Origin: Chitinophaga pinensis
GTDB lineage: Bacteria; Bacteroidota; Bacteroidia; NS11-12g; UBA955
Assembly: GCA_945890895.1 (NCBI GenBank)
Contig: CAMDDG010000001.1
Coordinates: 37,705 to 101,704, forward strand
DNA length: 64,000 nt
Direction: 5' to 3'
The notes under the pieces are model-generated. The model made no database searches, had not been told where the DNA came from, and worked only from the letters and a program-made list of their open reading frames with translations. This document shows positions 1-9,400 of this stretch, in pieces (positions within the stretch are counted from its first letter, which is position 1; every line of letters starts with the position of its first letter). The translations under genes were made by a program, and so were the position numbers.

Positions 1-1131
1 ATTACCATATTTAGTTAAAATGTAGTCTGTTACCGTGTCGCGATCTTGCCAAGAAAAATCAATATCAAAATCCGGAGGACTGCTTCGAAAAGGATTAATA
101 AACCGTTCAAAATACAAATCCAAATCGATGGGATCCACATCCGTAATACGCAAGCAATACGCAACCATGCTATTGGCTCCACTTCCCCGTCCTACATAAA
201 AAAATCCACGCTCGCGAGCAAATCGACAGATATCCCAATTGATGAGAAAATACGCGGTAAATCCCAATTCGTAGATCAACTTCATTTCCTTTTCCAGCCG
301 CTCCGTGGTTTTAAACGTGTATTTTGGATAGCGGTATTTCAATCCTTCAAAAGCCAAATCCCGCATCATGCGATAGTCTTCATCGGGGTCTCCCGTGTAT
401 GTTTTTTTGTTTTGGGGGACGTCAAACTCGAACGTCCATTGAAAGGAGTGCATTTGGGAAGACTGATTCCAAAGCGAAGAATAGAGAGCGAATTTCTTCT
501 TCAACTCGTGCATGAACATGAGAATTTCGTGCTGAGAACAAGTGGCTAAGGGGTTGAGTTTGGTCAACAAGCAATTGTGGTCTATGCAACGAAGCAAGGT
601 GTGCGTTAGAAAGTCGTCTGGGGTTCTCAACACCGCTCGGTGATAGGCAATTAATCGTTGTGGATGTTGCCTCCACTGCGATAATGGTAGCTGACGAATA
701 TCGCGGTGCGTAACCCCCAATACGGCATTCAATGGAACATCCTTCGGACGGAAGGCAGATGCTTTTTTGAAGGTATATAAAACGCACACATCCGATAGGG
801 TGGGAGCCCACAGAGGAAAAGGTTGATTTTGGTGAATATACTGCGTAAGGAACTGATTGATTTGAGCAAATCCACGTTGATTTTGGGCAATTAACGTGTA
901 CAGCGATTCGTCGCCATTGCGTACATCCACACCCGTTAAAGCAATAACCCCCGGATGTTTTTTCGCCTCACGCTGAAAATTGCTGACCCCACTTACGTTG
1001 TTTATGTCGGCGAGCAATACACAAAGGGGTTCTCCCAAAATATCTGCTTGACTTTGAGCCCAGCGAATGATATCTTCGGGGCTCATTAATCCGTATCGAA
1101 GGCTGAAGTAAGAATAACAATGAAGTAGCAT
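1..1131 (-). CDS. DNA polymerase III alpha subunit, DnaE2-like (first 377 codons; gene continues past the left edge)
   Basis: Hand translation of the reverse strand from ATG at 1131 stays open to position 1. It begins MLLHCYSYFSLRYGLMSPEDIIRW (PHP-domain start) and contains GRGSGANSMVAYCLRITDVDPIDLDLYFERFINPFR (DnaE signature). It is missing from the ORF track only because it has no stop codon inside the window. Confidence 0.85.
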   Translation of the reverse strand, partial: MLLHCYSYFSLRYGLMSPEDIIRWAQSQADILGEPLCVLLADINNVSGVSNFQREAKKHPGVIALTGVDVRNGDESLYTLIAQNQRGFAQINQFLTQYIHQNQPFPLWAPTLSDVCVLYTFKKASAFRPKDVPLNAVLGVTHRDIRQLPLSQWRQHPQRLIAYHRAVLRTPDDFLTHTLLRCIDHNCLLTKLNPLATCSQHEILMFMHELKKKFALYSSLWNQSSQMHSFQWTFEFDVPQNKKTYTGDPDEDYRMMRDLAFEGLKYRYPKYTFKTTERLEKEMKLIYELGFTAYFLINWDICRFARERGFFYVGRGSGANSMVAYCLRITDVDPIDLDLYFERFINPFRSSPPDFDIDFSWQDRDTVTDYILTKYGN

Positions 1132-1245
1132 TTTGTTAAAAATATTGACAAAAATATGTCTGTAAATTAATCAAAATAATTTATAACTGCCGCAAATGTT
1201 GAAAAATAAGCAGGAGTATTTTTTGTAAAAATCGCAAAACTGATT

Positions 1246-1432
1246 CATCCCAAAAAACGTAAGTACGATCCCACGGAACCCTAATGATGTTCCAAAGTGC
1301 CAGCCGGATTAAATTCTAAACAGCTATAACATCCCAAAAAACGTAAGTACGATCCCTCGAAACCGTATTGATGTTCCAAAGTGCCAGCGGGATAACGTTC
1401 TAAACAGCTCTAACATCCCCAGAAACCCTAAG
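1246..1432. repeat. 84-bp tandem repeat, two full units plus a ~19-bp partial third
   Basis: Units start at 1246, 1330 and 1414. Units 1 and 2 differ at 9 of 84 positions by hand alignment. Stops occur in the frames I checked. The repeat is intergenic. Confidence 0.85.
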
Positions 1433-1701
1433 AGAAAGGCCATACATTCCATACCGAAGCATATCAATGGGGTGGAACTGGGTGAAATTGCCATCAAACC
1501 GAACCCGGTTTATTGCAATAATTACACTACTGTGACAATTTAGTTATTGTATTAAATATCATGAAACTATTAAATAATAGTGAATAGTTAAACTAGGGTT
1601 ATTGTAAAATTCTGTGGTGTTTAAGTAGGTAGGAAATCCATTGTATAACCTTATTAGTCAAAATCTTATTGTTTAATTTACAATAATTGATTTTATCTGT
1701 T

Positions 1702-1709
1702 TAAGTTTG
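1702..1709 (+). promoter_or_regulatory. Candidate Bacteroidota -7 promoter box (TAnnTTTG)
   Basis: TAAGTTTG lies 17 nt upstream of the ATG at 1726 and matches the TAnnTTTG consensus. Confidence 0.35.
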
Positions 1710-1725
1710 AAAAAAGCTTTAAAAA

Positions 1726-3387
1726 ATGAAGAAACTTTACACTTTATTGGTTTTTGGATTGGCTTCCGTTGCGGCGTTCGCTCAATCCAAGCAAAATGTC
1801 ACCTTTAAGGTAGACATGAACAATTATTCCGCAACTTCGTACTCTGCGGTATATGTTAACGGCACATACAACAGCTGGTGTGGAACGTGCAACCCCTTAA
1901 CGGATTCAGACCAAGATGGAGTTTGGGAAGGTACATTTGAAATTACCGCCGATTCTATTGAGTACAAATTCACATTAGACGGTTGGAATGGTCAAGAGAA
2001 CTTGTCAGCCGGAACCAGTTGCACAAAAACCACTTCTGGATTTACCAATCGCTTTGTAAAGTTGAACGGTGATGTAACCTTAGATAAAGTTTGCTGGAAC
2101 AGTTGCGATGCATGTGCTCAAGTTACTAAAAAGACCGTAGTGTTTAACGTAAACATGAAGCAATATGGTAAGTCCTATTCGAAAGTTTATGTTTCTGGTT
2201 CATTCAATGGATGGAGTGGAAATGCTAACGAAATGACGGATGCCGACGGTGATAAAATTTATTCCGACACCGTAGAATTAACCGAAGATTCGATAGAATA
2301 CAAATTTCAAGTAGATGGTTGGGCAGATGATGAAAAATTAACCGACGGTTCATCTTGCACAAAAACCACTTCCGGTTTTACCAATCGTTTTGCTAAGTTA
2401 ACAGGGAATAAAGTATTTGGTAATGTATGTTGGGCAAGCTGCTCTGAATGTACCAACGACGTTACATTTAAAGTAGATATGAACAAATATGCGGGTGCAT
2501 CATTTACAGGAGTTTATGTTAATGGTTCATTCAATGGATGGTGCGGATCGTGCAATCCTATGACCGACGATGATAAAGACGGTGTTTGGGAAGTGAAATT
2601 GCCTTTGCCTCAAGATTCGATTGAGTTTAAATACACCTTAGATGGTTGGAATGGACAAGAAAGTTTGCAAGAAGGATCTTCTTGTACAAAAACCACTTCT
2701 GGATTCACCAATCGCTTCTTGAAAATCACAGGAGCTACTGTATTGGATGTAGTTTGTTGGGAATCGTGCGTTACTTGCGCTAACACTAAAGAAAAAGCAA
2801 ACGTTACGTTCCAAGTAGACATTCGTGGTTTTGCAGGAACATTTGCAACCGTGAACCTGAACGGTACTTTCAATGGATGGTGCGGATCTTGTATTGGAAT
2901 GACTGACGATAATAAAGACAGCATTTACACCGTTACAGTGCCATTGTTTGTGGGAGATACTATCGAATACAAATACACAGCAGATGGATGGGCTAACGAT
3001 GAGAAATTTGTAGGCGGTGAGCCTTGTACAAAAACAACCGGTGGATTTACCAATCGTTACAACGTTGTAACGGGCGATACCACTTACCCCGTAGTTTGTT
3101 GGGCAAAGTGTACTACTTGTCAAACGAACGATGCTACCGCTTTTGAAACGTCATCATTGAATGTATATCCCAACCCAACAGAAGGAGTTTTGTACTTCAA
3201 CAGCAATACCAATATTACTGAAGCACAGGTGTTTGATTTGAGTGGTAAGTTATTGTTGTCTGAGCGTTTCAGCAATAATACCTCCAATAATCAATTGAAT
3301 TTAACGGGTTTCCAAAACGGCTTGTATATTTTATCCGTACAAACTGCAAATGGTACTTTGAACAAGCAGTTCTCCGTTAACAAGTAA
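1726..3387 (+). CDS. Secreted protein with five CBM20/48-like beta-sandwich repeats and a T9SS type-A C-terminal sorting domain
   Basis: A signal peptide is present (LASVAAFAQ). There are five ~110-aa repeats of the form VTFKVDM..YVNG(S/T)FNGWCG.CNPMTD.D.DGVW..DSIEYK(F/Y)..DGW, then SCTKTTSGFTNRF and VCW.SC..C. The C-terminus LNVYPNPTEGVLYF...GLYILSVQT is a T9SS tail. Confidence 0.75.
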   Translation: MKKLYTLLVFGLASVAAFAQSKQNVTFKVDMNNYSATSYSAVYVNGTYNSWCGTCNPLTDSDQDGVWEGTFEITADSIEYKFTLDGWNGQENLSAGTSCTKTTSGFTNRFVKLNGDVTLDKVCWNSCDACAQVTKKTVVFNVNMKQYGKSYSKVYVSGSFNGWSGNANEMTDADGDKIYSDTVELTEDSIEYKFQVDGWADDEKLTDGSSCTKTTSGFTNRFAKLTGNKVFGNVCWASCSECTNDVTFKVDMNKYAGASFTGVYVNGSFNGWCGSCNPMTDDDKDGVWEVKLPLPQDSIEFKYTLDGWNGQESLQEGSSCTKTTSGFTNRFLKITGATVLDVVCWESCVTCANTKEKANVTFQVDIRGFAGTFATVNLNGTFNGWCGSCIGMTDDNKDSIYTVTVPLFVGDTIEYKYTADGWANDEKFVGGEPCTKTTGGFTNRYNVVTGDTTYPVVCWAKCTTCQTNDATAFETSSLNVYPNPTEGVLYFNSNTNITEAQVFDLSGKLLLSERFSNNTSNNQLNLTGFQNGLYILSVQTANGTLNKQFSVNK

Positions 3388-3422
3388 TTTCGAACTTCGA
3401 TTAAGTTAATTCATATTATTTC

Positions 3423-3460
3423 AAAAAGAAGGGCTGCCTGAAAAGGCAGCCCTTCTTTTT
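3423..3460. terminator. Bidirectional rho-independent terminator
   Basis: A perfect 16-bp stem (aaaaagaagggctgcc / ggcagcccttcttttt) with a 6-nt loop sits between convergent genes. A-runs and T-runs flank it on both sides. Confidence 0.85.
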
Positions 3461-3564
3461 GATTGGATTTTCGTTTTTCTATTTCGAAAAATGAGTTAAT
3501 ACTGCGAACTGTAAATTCTACGAAATGCAGTTAGAGCATTAAAATCATGATCAAATTAATTCAA

Positions 3565-3734
3565 TTACGTTAAACCTATTTTACAGCATAATGCATATTC
3601 ACAGCGTTGCAGATACTGTAGTAAGAAGGTATAATCCTTACGTTAAACCCATTTTACAGCTTAATACATATTCACAACGTTGCAGATACTGTAGTAAGAA
3701 GGTATAATCCTTACGTTTAACCCGTTTTACAGGG
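3565..3734. repeat. 73-bp tandem repeat, two full units plus a partial third
   Basis: Units start at 3565, 3638 and 3711 (TTACGTTAAACC...GGTATAATCC). Units 1 and 2 differ at 4 of 73 positions. The repeat is intergenic. Confidence 0.85.
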
Positions 3735-3742
3735 AATTGTAC

Positions 3743-4621
3743 TTATTGAGGAATGTATTGGAATGAACGAATAATTAATTCTACTGGCTTTCCATCGCTC
3801 GGGCCTTGTCCGCCCAACAACCATAAATTAATCCGTGGATTCGTGGTAATTCCCGGTTCGGGAATAACGATAGGATCCGACGAAATACCTCCCTCCGTTT
3901 TTACTCGTGCTTGATTGGTATTATCAAATTGCCAAGAAGCAAGTTGTTGAGTTCCCGGATAAGTATCCCCCGAAAAAGATTTCCATGAAATTAACTCCGG
4001 ACGCCAAGTAAATGCATGTGTGGTAACTCCTTTTAATGCCGAAACAGCCATTTTGGGCTTATGAGAACGCTCGGAATACGGTTGAGGATTGTCGAAAATT
4101 ACCGGCTGAACCGAATAGGTAAGTGTCAATGAATCATTTGCGTTGAACCATTTAGAAAATTCAATATCCACCTCGCTGTTTGCAGCAGGAAAAAAGGAAT
4201 TATTATCCCAAGTAAACAATCCAACTACTACGCGCTCATTCAATGCAGCAACATCGCTGCCTACGGTAAAAATATAAGTTCCATAACCCGTATTCTCGGT
4301 ACAAACCACCTCGGATGTTTGCCATCTGCCGTTGATGTAGTCAATACGTAAATGCAAATAACCTTTCGAATCTACCCATACCAAACTGTCTTTATTAAAC
4401 ACATTGGGTCCTGGACCAACGGGCCAAGTACTTTCTTTTATTTTCCAACCGTAGCCGGAAAAAATAATATCTCCAGAATCTCGGATTACGGTGGGTTTAT
4501 TCGGAGGATCGGATTGTTCACAGGAAGTAGAAAATAGAGAGAAACCTAATGTTAAACTCGCTGCTACACCTATACGCTGCATCCAATTCTTTAACGATTG
4601 TTTTTTTAATGATGGGTTCAT
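3743..4621 (-). CDS. GH16-like beta-glucanase lipoprotein
   Basis: A lipoprotein signal is present (LFSTSC). SEVDIEFSKW matches the GH16 catalytic ExDxE motif in its lichenase-like EIDIEF form. The layout fits a concanavalin-like fold. Confidence 0.65.
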   Translation of the reverse strand: MNPSLKKQSLKNWMQRIGVAASLTLGFSLFSTSCEQSDPPNKPTVIRDSGDIIFSGYGWKIKESTWPVGPGPNVFNKDSLVWVDSKGYLHLRIDYINGRWQTSEVVCTENTGYGTYIFTVGSDVAALNERVVVGLFTWDNNSFFPAANSEVDIEFSKWFNANDSLTLTYSVQPVIFDNPQPYSERSHKPKMAVSALKGVTTHAFTWRPELISWKSFSGDTYPGTQQLASWQFDNTNQARVKTEGGISSDPIVIPEPGITTNPRINLWLLGGQGPSDGKPVELIIRSFQYIPQ

Positions 4622-4771
4622 ATTTTTTATTTAAATCCGTTCTGAAAAACTGTATTATTCTTTAAATTAACGCATTATAAATTATTGAATTCAGGTGTTA
4701 TTAACCGGTTGTTTCTTATTTGTAAATCTTCATGATAAAATATCAATAAATTAATTATGAAATAATTTAAA

Positions 4772-7522
4772 TCATTGAATTTCAATATTTTCTGGGAAAT
4801 AAATCTTTTGATTCAACTGGTTAACAGAAATGGTAAATTCGCCTTTTTCTACCACTCTTTTTAAATCTTTATTGATGAAACTTAACTGCTCCAAGTCAAA
4901 GAATAATCTGTAGTATTGGGTCTCTCCAGGTTGGATAACGGATGTTTTTTCAAAAGCTATCAATCGCTTCACCGAAGGTGTAATACTTGCAAATTCATCG
5001 CTTAAATAAACTTGGATTACATCCCTTCCTGCCACTTTACCGGTGTTGGTGATGTCGATATCAACCGTATAACCGTAAATTTCCCAATTGCGAGTTAATT
5101 GACCATTTTCCACATCATCCAAAGGAACGGATTTCTCGGAAGAGGAAGATTTTAGCTCAACAACCGCAGTGTCGCGAATGGAGCGAGGGAGTTTCTGAGC
5201 TATCACGGATAACTTTTCATACTTGAATTCGGAATAGCTCAAACCGTAGCCAAAATCAAACAAGGGATTATAGGCGGTTTTTCCAAATTTAGTATCGTTT
5301 TTCTCCGTATGTTTATGGTCGTAATGAACTATATCGCCGGCAGTACGGGGATAAGTGTACGGTAATTTACCACTGGGATTATTCTTGCCCAAGAGGGTAT
5401 TAGCAATAGCTTTACCACCAAAATCACCCGATAAATAGGCTTGTATCACGGCATCGGATTGTTCAACTAACGAGGTAACAATTCGAGGTCTTCCTGTATT
5501 TAAAATCAGAACAATGGGTATATTTTTACGCTTGAAATAATCCCATAACTGTTTGTTAGATTCGGTAAGTTCAAGATTCAAGTCGTTAATGTTTCCGGGG
5601 ATTTCTGTGCCTGGTTTTTCTCCCAAGCTCAACACCGCAACTGTATTTGATTTTGTTATTTTGTCCAGATTTTTCCAATATTTTTTACTTCCGAATCGTT
5701 GATTTTTAAATGCAACAGAATCGGATTTTCCACTAATTGAATCGCATAAGCAAATTACTTCTGAATGTTGTTGAGAAAGTGCTTGAAATAGAGTAGGGGT
5801 TTCAGGATTTTTCGAAATGCGGTATTTTTCATCATCGCCTTGCCAAGTATGAGTCCACGCACCATTGAGCAAATTCATGTTATGTGCGGCATCGCCGAAT
5901 AAAATAATTTGCTGATCTTTTTTTAAGGGAAGAACCTGTTGTTCATTTTTTAAAAGTGTAATCGCATCTTCCGCAATCGATAAAGCTAATTTTTTATGTT
6001 CTTCCGATCCAATTACTCGAAGCGATATAGGTTCTCTTGAAGGGTTTTCATTGTTTTTTTGAGGGATATTTTTGTCGGTAGAAGTCGCACCCAATTTACT
6101 GCTTTGTGTTGTTGAATTAACACTGTTTGAATGGTTAAAATCTAAGTAATCAAACACGTTATACACCACTTGATATTCAGGGTCAAGGTATATACCCGCC
6201 TTGTGTTTCACTCGTAAAATACGTTTAACCGATTCGTTTATGCGCGACATAGGAACTTCACCATTTTTAACCAGTTCAATGAGGATTTCAGTAAATTGAT
6301 AATCGTTTGGAGTCATACTCATGTCAACACCGGCATTTATGGCCAATTTAACGGCTTCAGATAAACTTGAAGCCACTTTATGAGTATGGTGAAGTTTATA
6401 AATATCTTCCCAGTCTGTAACAGCAATTCCTTGGAAATTCAGTTCTTTTCTCAGGAGTTGGGTGAGAATATCGTAGTTGATGTGAACCGGTGTTCCATTG
6501 ATTTCTCCGGAATTAATCATCAATGTCATAGCTCCTTGTTCGATGGCTTTTTGGAAACCCGGTAAATAATACTCTCTCAATTCACGTTCGGGAATCCACG
6601 CTGGGGTACGATCTTTTCCACTGAGTGGCATCCCATATCCCAAAAAATGTTTTAAACATGCGGCAACTGCATCGCTGTCAATTTGTTTGGAAGTATTCAT
6701 GAAATTTAATCCATTGGCACCTTGATAACCCGAAATCATGGATTTGACTAAAATTTGATTTAAATACACATCTTCCCCAAACGTTTCGAAATATCTCGAC
6801 CATAAAGGTTGTCGGGCTAAATCAACAACGGGCGAAAAATTCCAATCCAAACCAGAAGCACGTACTTCTTTTGCGGTTGCTGCCGCTGCCATTTTAACCA
6901 TATCTGGATCCCAAGTTGCAGCTTGTGCAATTTGCTGGGGAAACAAGGTAGCTCCTGTTGTATAATTAGCTCCGTGAATGGCATCAATACCGTAAAAAAT
7001 GGGAATGTGGGTATAAGGGTTTGAAGAACCACTTTTAGACCCATTATTGTTATTCGAATTTTTTAATTTGCTCGCTGCAATTTCAGCTTTTTTGATTTGT
7101 GAAATAATTCGTTTCCATTCTTCCACACTCAACTCTCCTGAACCACACCCTACATTTAATATTGAACCCACATGGTATTTTTCAATCGCTGTTCTAAGCT
7201 TATCAGCGTCAATCTGCACGGGTTGCTTTAGAGCACAAGGTTCGCCTGCGGCAATAACACCTAAATCTATTTGGGTCATTTGACCAATCTTTTCTTCCAG
7301 CGACATTCCTGCAACTGCTTGATCCAGGGCACGATCAAAGAGAGTGTCCTCATGAGTGTGCTTATTTAAAATTCCCCAACGATCGGATTTTACCTTTCGG
7401 AAAACTACATTGGAATTGGGTGATGATTGGTATAAACCAACCGATTCGGCGAAAAGACTTCCCCCGAAAACCAAAACACAAACAAGAATGGAACGGTATA
7501 TTTGGCTGTGGTTTCTTGACAT
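4772..7522 (-). CDS. Glycoside hydrolase family 3 beta-glucosidase
   Basis: GH3 hallmarks are present: SLEEKIGQMTQ, GIDAIHGAN, KHFLGYG, and GIAVTDWEDI (nucleophile Asp region). A signal peptide is also present. Confidence 0.9.
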   Translation of the reverse strand: MSRNHSQIYRSILVCVLVFGGSLFAESVGLYQSSPNSNVVFRKVKSDRWGILNKHTHEDTLFDRALDQAVAGMSLEEKIGQMTQIDLGVIAAGEPCALKQPVQIDADKLRTAIEKYHVGSILNVGCGSGELSVEEWKRIISQIKKAEIAASKLKNSNNNNGSKSGSSNPYTHIPIFYGIDAIHGANYTTGATLFPQQIAQAATWDPDMVKMAAAATAKEVRASGLDWNFSPVVDLARQPLWSRYFETFGEDVYLNQILVKSMISGYQGANGLNFMNTSKQIDSDAVAACLKHFLGYGMPLSGKDRTPAWIPERELREYYLPGFQKAIEQGAMTLMINSGEINGTPVHINYDILTQLLRKELNFQGIAVTDWEDIYKLHHTHKVASSLSEAVKLAINAGVDMSMTPNDYQFTEILIELVKNGEVPMSRINESVKRILRVKHKAGIYLDPEYQVVYNVFDYLDFNHSNSVNSTTQSSKLGATSTDKNIPQKNNENPSREPISLRVIGSEEHKKLALSIAEDAITLLKNEQQVLPLKKDQQIILFGDAAHNMNLLNGAWTHTWQGDDEKYRISKNPETPTLFQALSQQHSEVICLCDSISGKSDSVAFKNQRFGSKKYWKNLDKITKSNTVAVLSLGEKPGTEIPGNINDLNLELTESNKQLWDYFKRKNIPIVLILNTGRPRIVTSLVEQSDAVIQAYLSGDFGGKAIANTLLGKNNPSGKLPYTYPRTAGDIVHYDHKHTEKNDTKFGKTAYNPLFDFGYGLSYSEFKYEKLSVIAQKLPRSIRDTAVVELKSSSSEKSVPLDDVENGQLTRNWEIYGYTVDIDITNTGKVAGRDVIQVYLSDEFASITPSVKRLIAFEKTSVIQPGETQYYRLFFDLEQLSFINKDLKRVVEKGEFTISVNQLNQKIYFPENIEIQ

Positions 7523-7584
7523 ATTATGAACGTTTTTTTAATTGAATGGGTATGATTTTTAATTAGATAGAAATAAGGTGTAAT

Positions 7585-8373
7585 CTATAAGCTGATGCGA
7601 AAATTGTCGATTAATATATCACCGTCTGCTTCTAATTGAATGATAAACTGTTTAATGGAGGTTGGATCCGTTTCGAAATCGTCAAAAGGAAACAGGTTCA
7701 AAGGAATCCTCACCGTATTCCAACGTTGAGCAACAATGGGCTCGATCAGCCATTTTGAATCAAAACCTAACCAGCATTGGGCGCCAGAATAATCCTCCAA
7801 AGCCAATGCTAAGGGTAAATTGGTCATCGTGTCTGAAAGCGATTTAAAATGAAGTTCTAAGTATGCGGTATCCAGTACAGTTGAAAGATCTTTGGGTTGC
7901 CAGTTATCCCAGCCCATTCCCATGCCTAACCAGGTGCAACCACCCGTAATTTTATCCCAAGTGAGTCTAAAACTATGATTGCCTCGATGTGCAGATTCGT
8001 CGGATATTTTCTCCAATTTGACGCATTTTGGCTCTAAACTGATCCAAATGTCTTTTCCTAAGTCCTCATCCAGAATTTGCAGTGCATAAAACCCATTGAT
8101 ATTTTCGGGATCCGCTTTCAAGCTTTCGTCGTACAAACCTTTTTTCTTGAATTTCCAAGTTTTAGATTGCACCAATACCGTGTCCATTCGTTCAATATTT
8201 TTCGGGGATGTTGTATCACTATCAACATTGGTGTTCAACATCGTTTTCGATGGCGTAGGTTTTGGCCCATTTTGAATGGGCGGTAGAGTGGTTGTTTGCG
8301 CTGATATCGAACCAAACATCCCCCAAAACAAGACGATACACAAACCTTGTTTCCAATGCGTTTGTGAAATCAT
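7585..8373 (-). CDS. Secreted CBM-like beta-sandwich protein, function unknown
   Basis: It has a signal peptide (SISAQ). The aromatic-rich C-terminal domain ends ...FIIQLEADGDILIDNFRISL. It overlaps the upstream gene by 4 nt within the glucan cluster. Confidence 0.55.
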   Translation of the reverse strand: MISQTHWKQGLCIVLFWGMFGSISAQTTTLPPIQNGPKPTPSKTMLNTNVDSDTTSPKNIERMDTVLVQSKTWKFKKKGLYDESLKADPENINGFYALQILDEDLGKDIWISLEPKCVKLEKISDESAHRGNHSFRLTWDKITGGCTWLGMGMGWDNWQPKDLSTVLDTAYLELHFKSLSDTMTNLPLALALEDYSGAQCWLGFDSKWLIEPIVAQRWNTVRIPLNLFPFDDFETDPTSIKQFIIQLEADGDILIDNFRISL

Positions 8374-9380
8374 AGCTCCAAGGGTTTTTTATCGGTAAAC
8401 ATCAAACAATCTACTTTAGTTGCCGCAGCTCCCATCGATGGATTAGCCAGATGTAACATAGAAACCATTACCAAATTATTGGGATTATGTCGATTATTAC
8501 CCTTGTTGGTAGCGGGTGCACCATTAACTAAATGGGTTAATTCTGAATATTTGATACTAACAAGTTTCCAGCCTTCCCAAGTAACCCGCATTTCATAATC
8601 GTATTGGTCATCCGCAGATGCATCAAATTTGGAGTTGTTGTTATCATCTTCTCGAAATTGAAATAAAATGCGACTTTCATTTACGTTGGGAACTCCGTAA
8701 ATCAAGCAGTTGAAATAGGCATCCTCACCAACATTAGTTAAAGGGAAATGAGTAAAACCATAGGCAGAAGCAGGAAAATCAATCATACCAATTAGCCAGT
8801 CCCAATTCACAGTGCCGGCCATATTTAAATAGGAATTTCCCTCAACAACAAATGCATCATTTTTTATCTTAAAATCCATATTTGCACCGGATTGAATGAA
8901 AGTAGACCATTTAGTTGAAATTCCGGTTTCAAAATCCGAAATTTTAAAGCCTTCCGGTTTGCGAAGTCCGTTTATTCCGATAGCCAAATTAAAGCTATCA
9001 GCAACCCCTTCAATTTTCAAAGTAGCTAAACACGGTTCTGTTCTAAATAGGGGAAATAGGGTAGTGGTGCCATCCCAAATAGCTTGAGAGGATTCTATTA
9101 CACGACTTTTACCGGTAATCAGTTTCTGAGCGCCTGAAAAGTTTCCTTTGATACGAATACTCCAATTGCAAAGTTTAGAAAAGGATGCGGTAAACTCTGC
9201 AGTTTCACCTTTTGAAAAGTCTACAGATGTTTTAGAACATTTAAATGGTACCAACATACTGAATGTACCATTTAAATCCTGTAAACTGGGTCCGTCCATG
9301 GGTTTATCTTCGCGTTTGCATCCCCCAAAAATGAAAGGAATGATTAACGAAATTGCCACTAATTGAATTCGATTTTTCAT
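8370..9380 (-). CDS. Surface lipoprotein with CBM-like domain, candidate glycan-binding protein
   Basis: A lipobox is present (IFGGCKRE). The C-terminal domain has beta-sandwich character (DWLIGMIDFP, VTWEGWKLVSIKYSEL). Confidence 0.5.
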   Translation of the reverse strand: MKNRIQLVAISLIIPFIFGGCKREDKPMDGPSLQDLNGTFSMLVPFKCSKTSVDFSKGETAEFTASFSKLCNWSIRIKGNFSGAQKLITGKSRVIESSQAIWDGTTTLFPLFRTEPCLATLKIEGVADSFNLAIGINGLRKPEGFKISDFETGISTKWSTFIQSGANMDFKIKNDAFVVEGNSYLNMAGTVNWDWLIGMIDFPASAYGFTHFPLTNVGEDAYFNCLIYGVPNVNESRILFQFREDDNNNSKFDASADDQYDYEMRVTWEGWKLVSIKYSELTHLVNGAPATNKGNNRHNPNNLVMVSMLHLANPSMGAAATKVDCLMFTDKKPLEL

Positions 9381-9400
9381 GTTTTTGTTTTTTTGGGATG

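Noticed and set aside
46-811. ORF-track entries 46-549 (+), 324-515 (+) and 422-811 (-).
   Set aside because: They lie entirely inside the much longer reverse-strand DnaE-like reading frame (1-1131). That frame has clear polymerase motifs. These ORFs have low-complexity, non-protein-like translations.
2610-3123. Antisense ORFs (104 aa and 161 aa) within the CBM-repeat gene, and similar antisense ORFs inside GH3, Rho, the ABC genes and others.
   Set aside because: They are nested opposite well-supported long genes and have composition-driven translations. They were treated as spurious.
1246-3734. Possibility that the two tandem repeats are CRISPR-like arrays.
   Set aside because: The units are contiguous with no unique spacers. 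They are 73-84 bp long and diverged between copies. No cas genes are present in the window.
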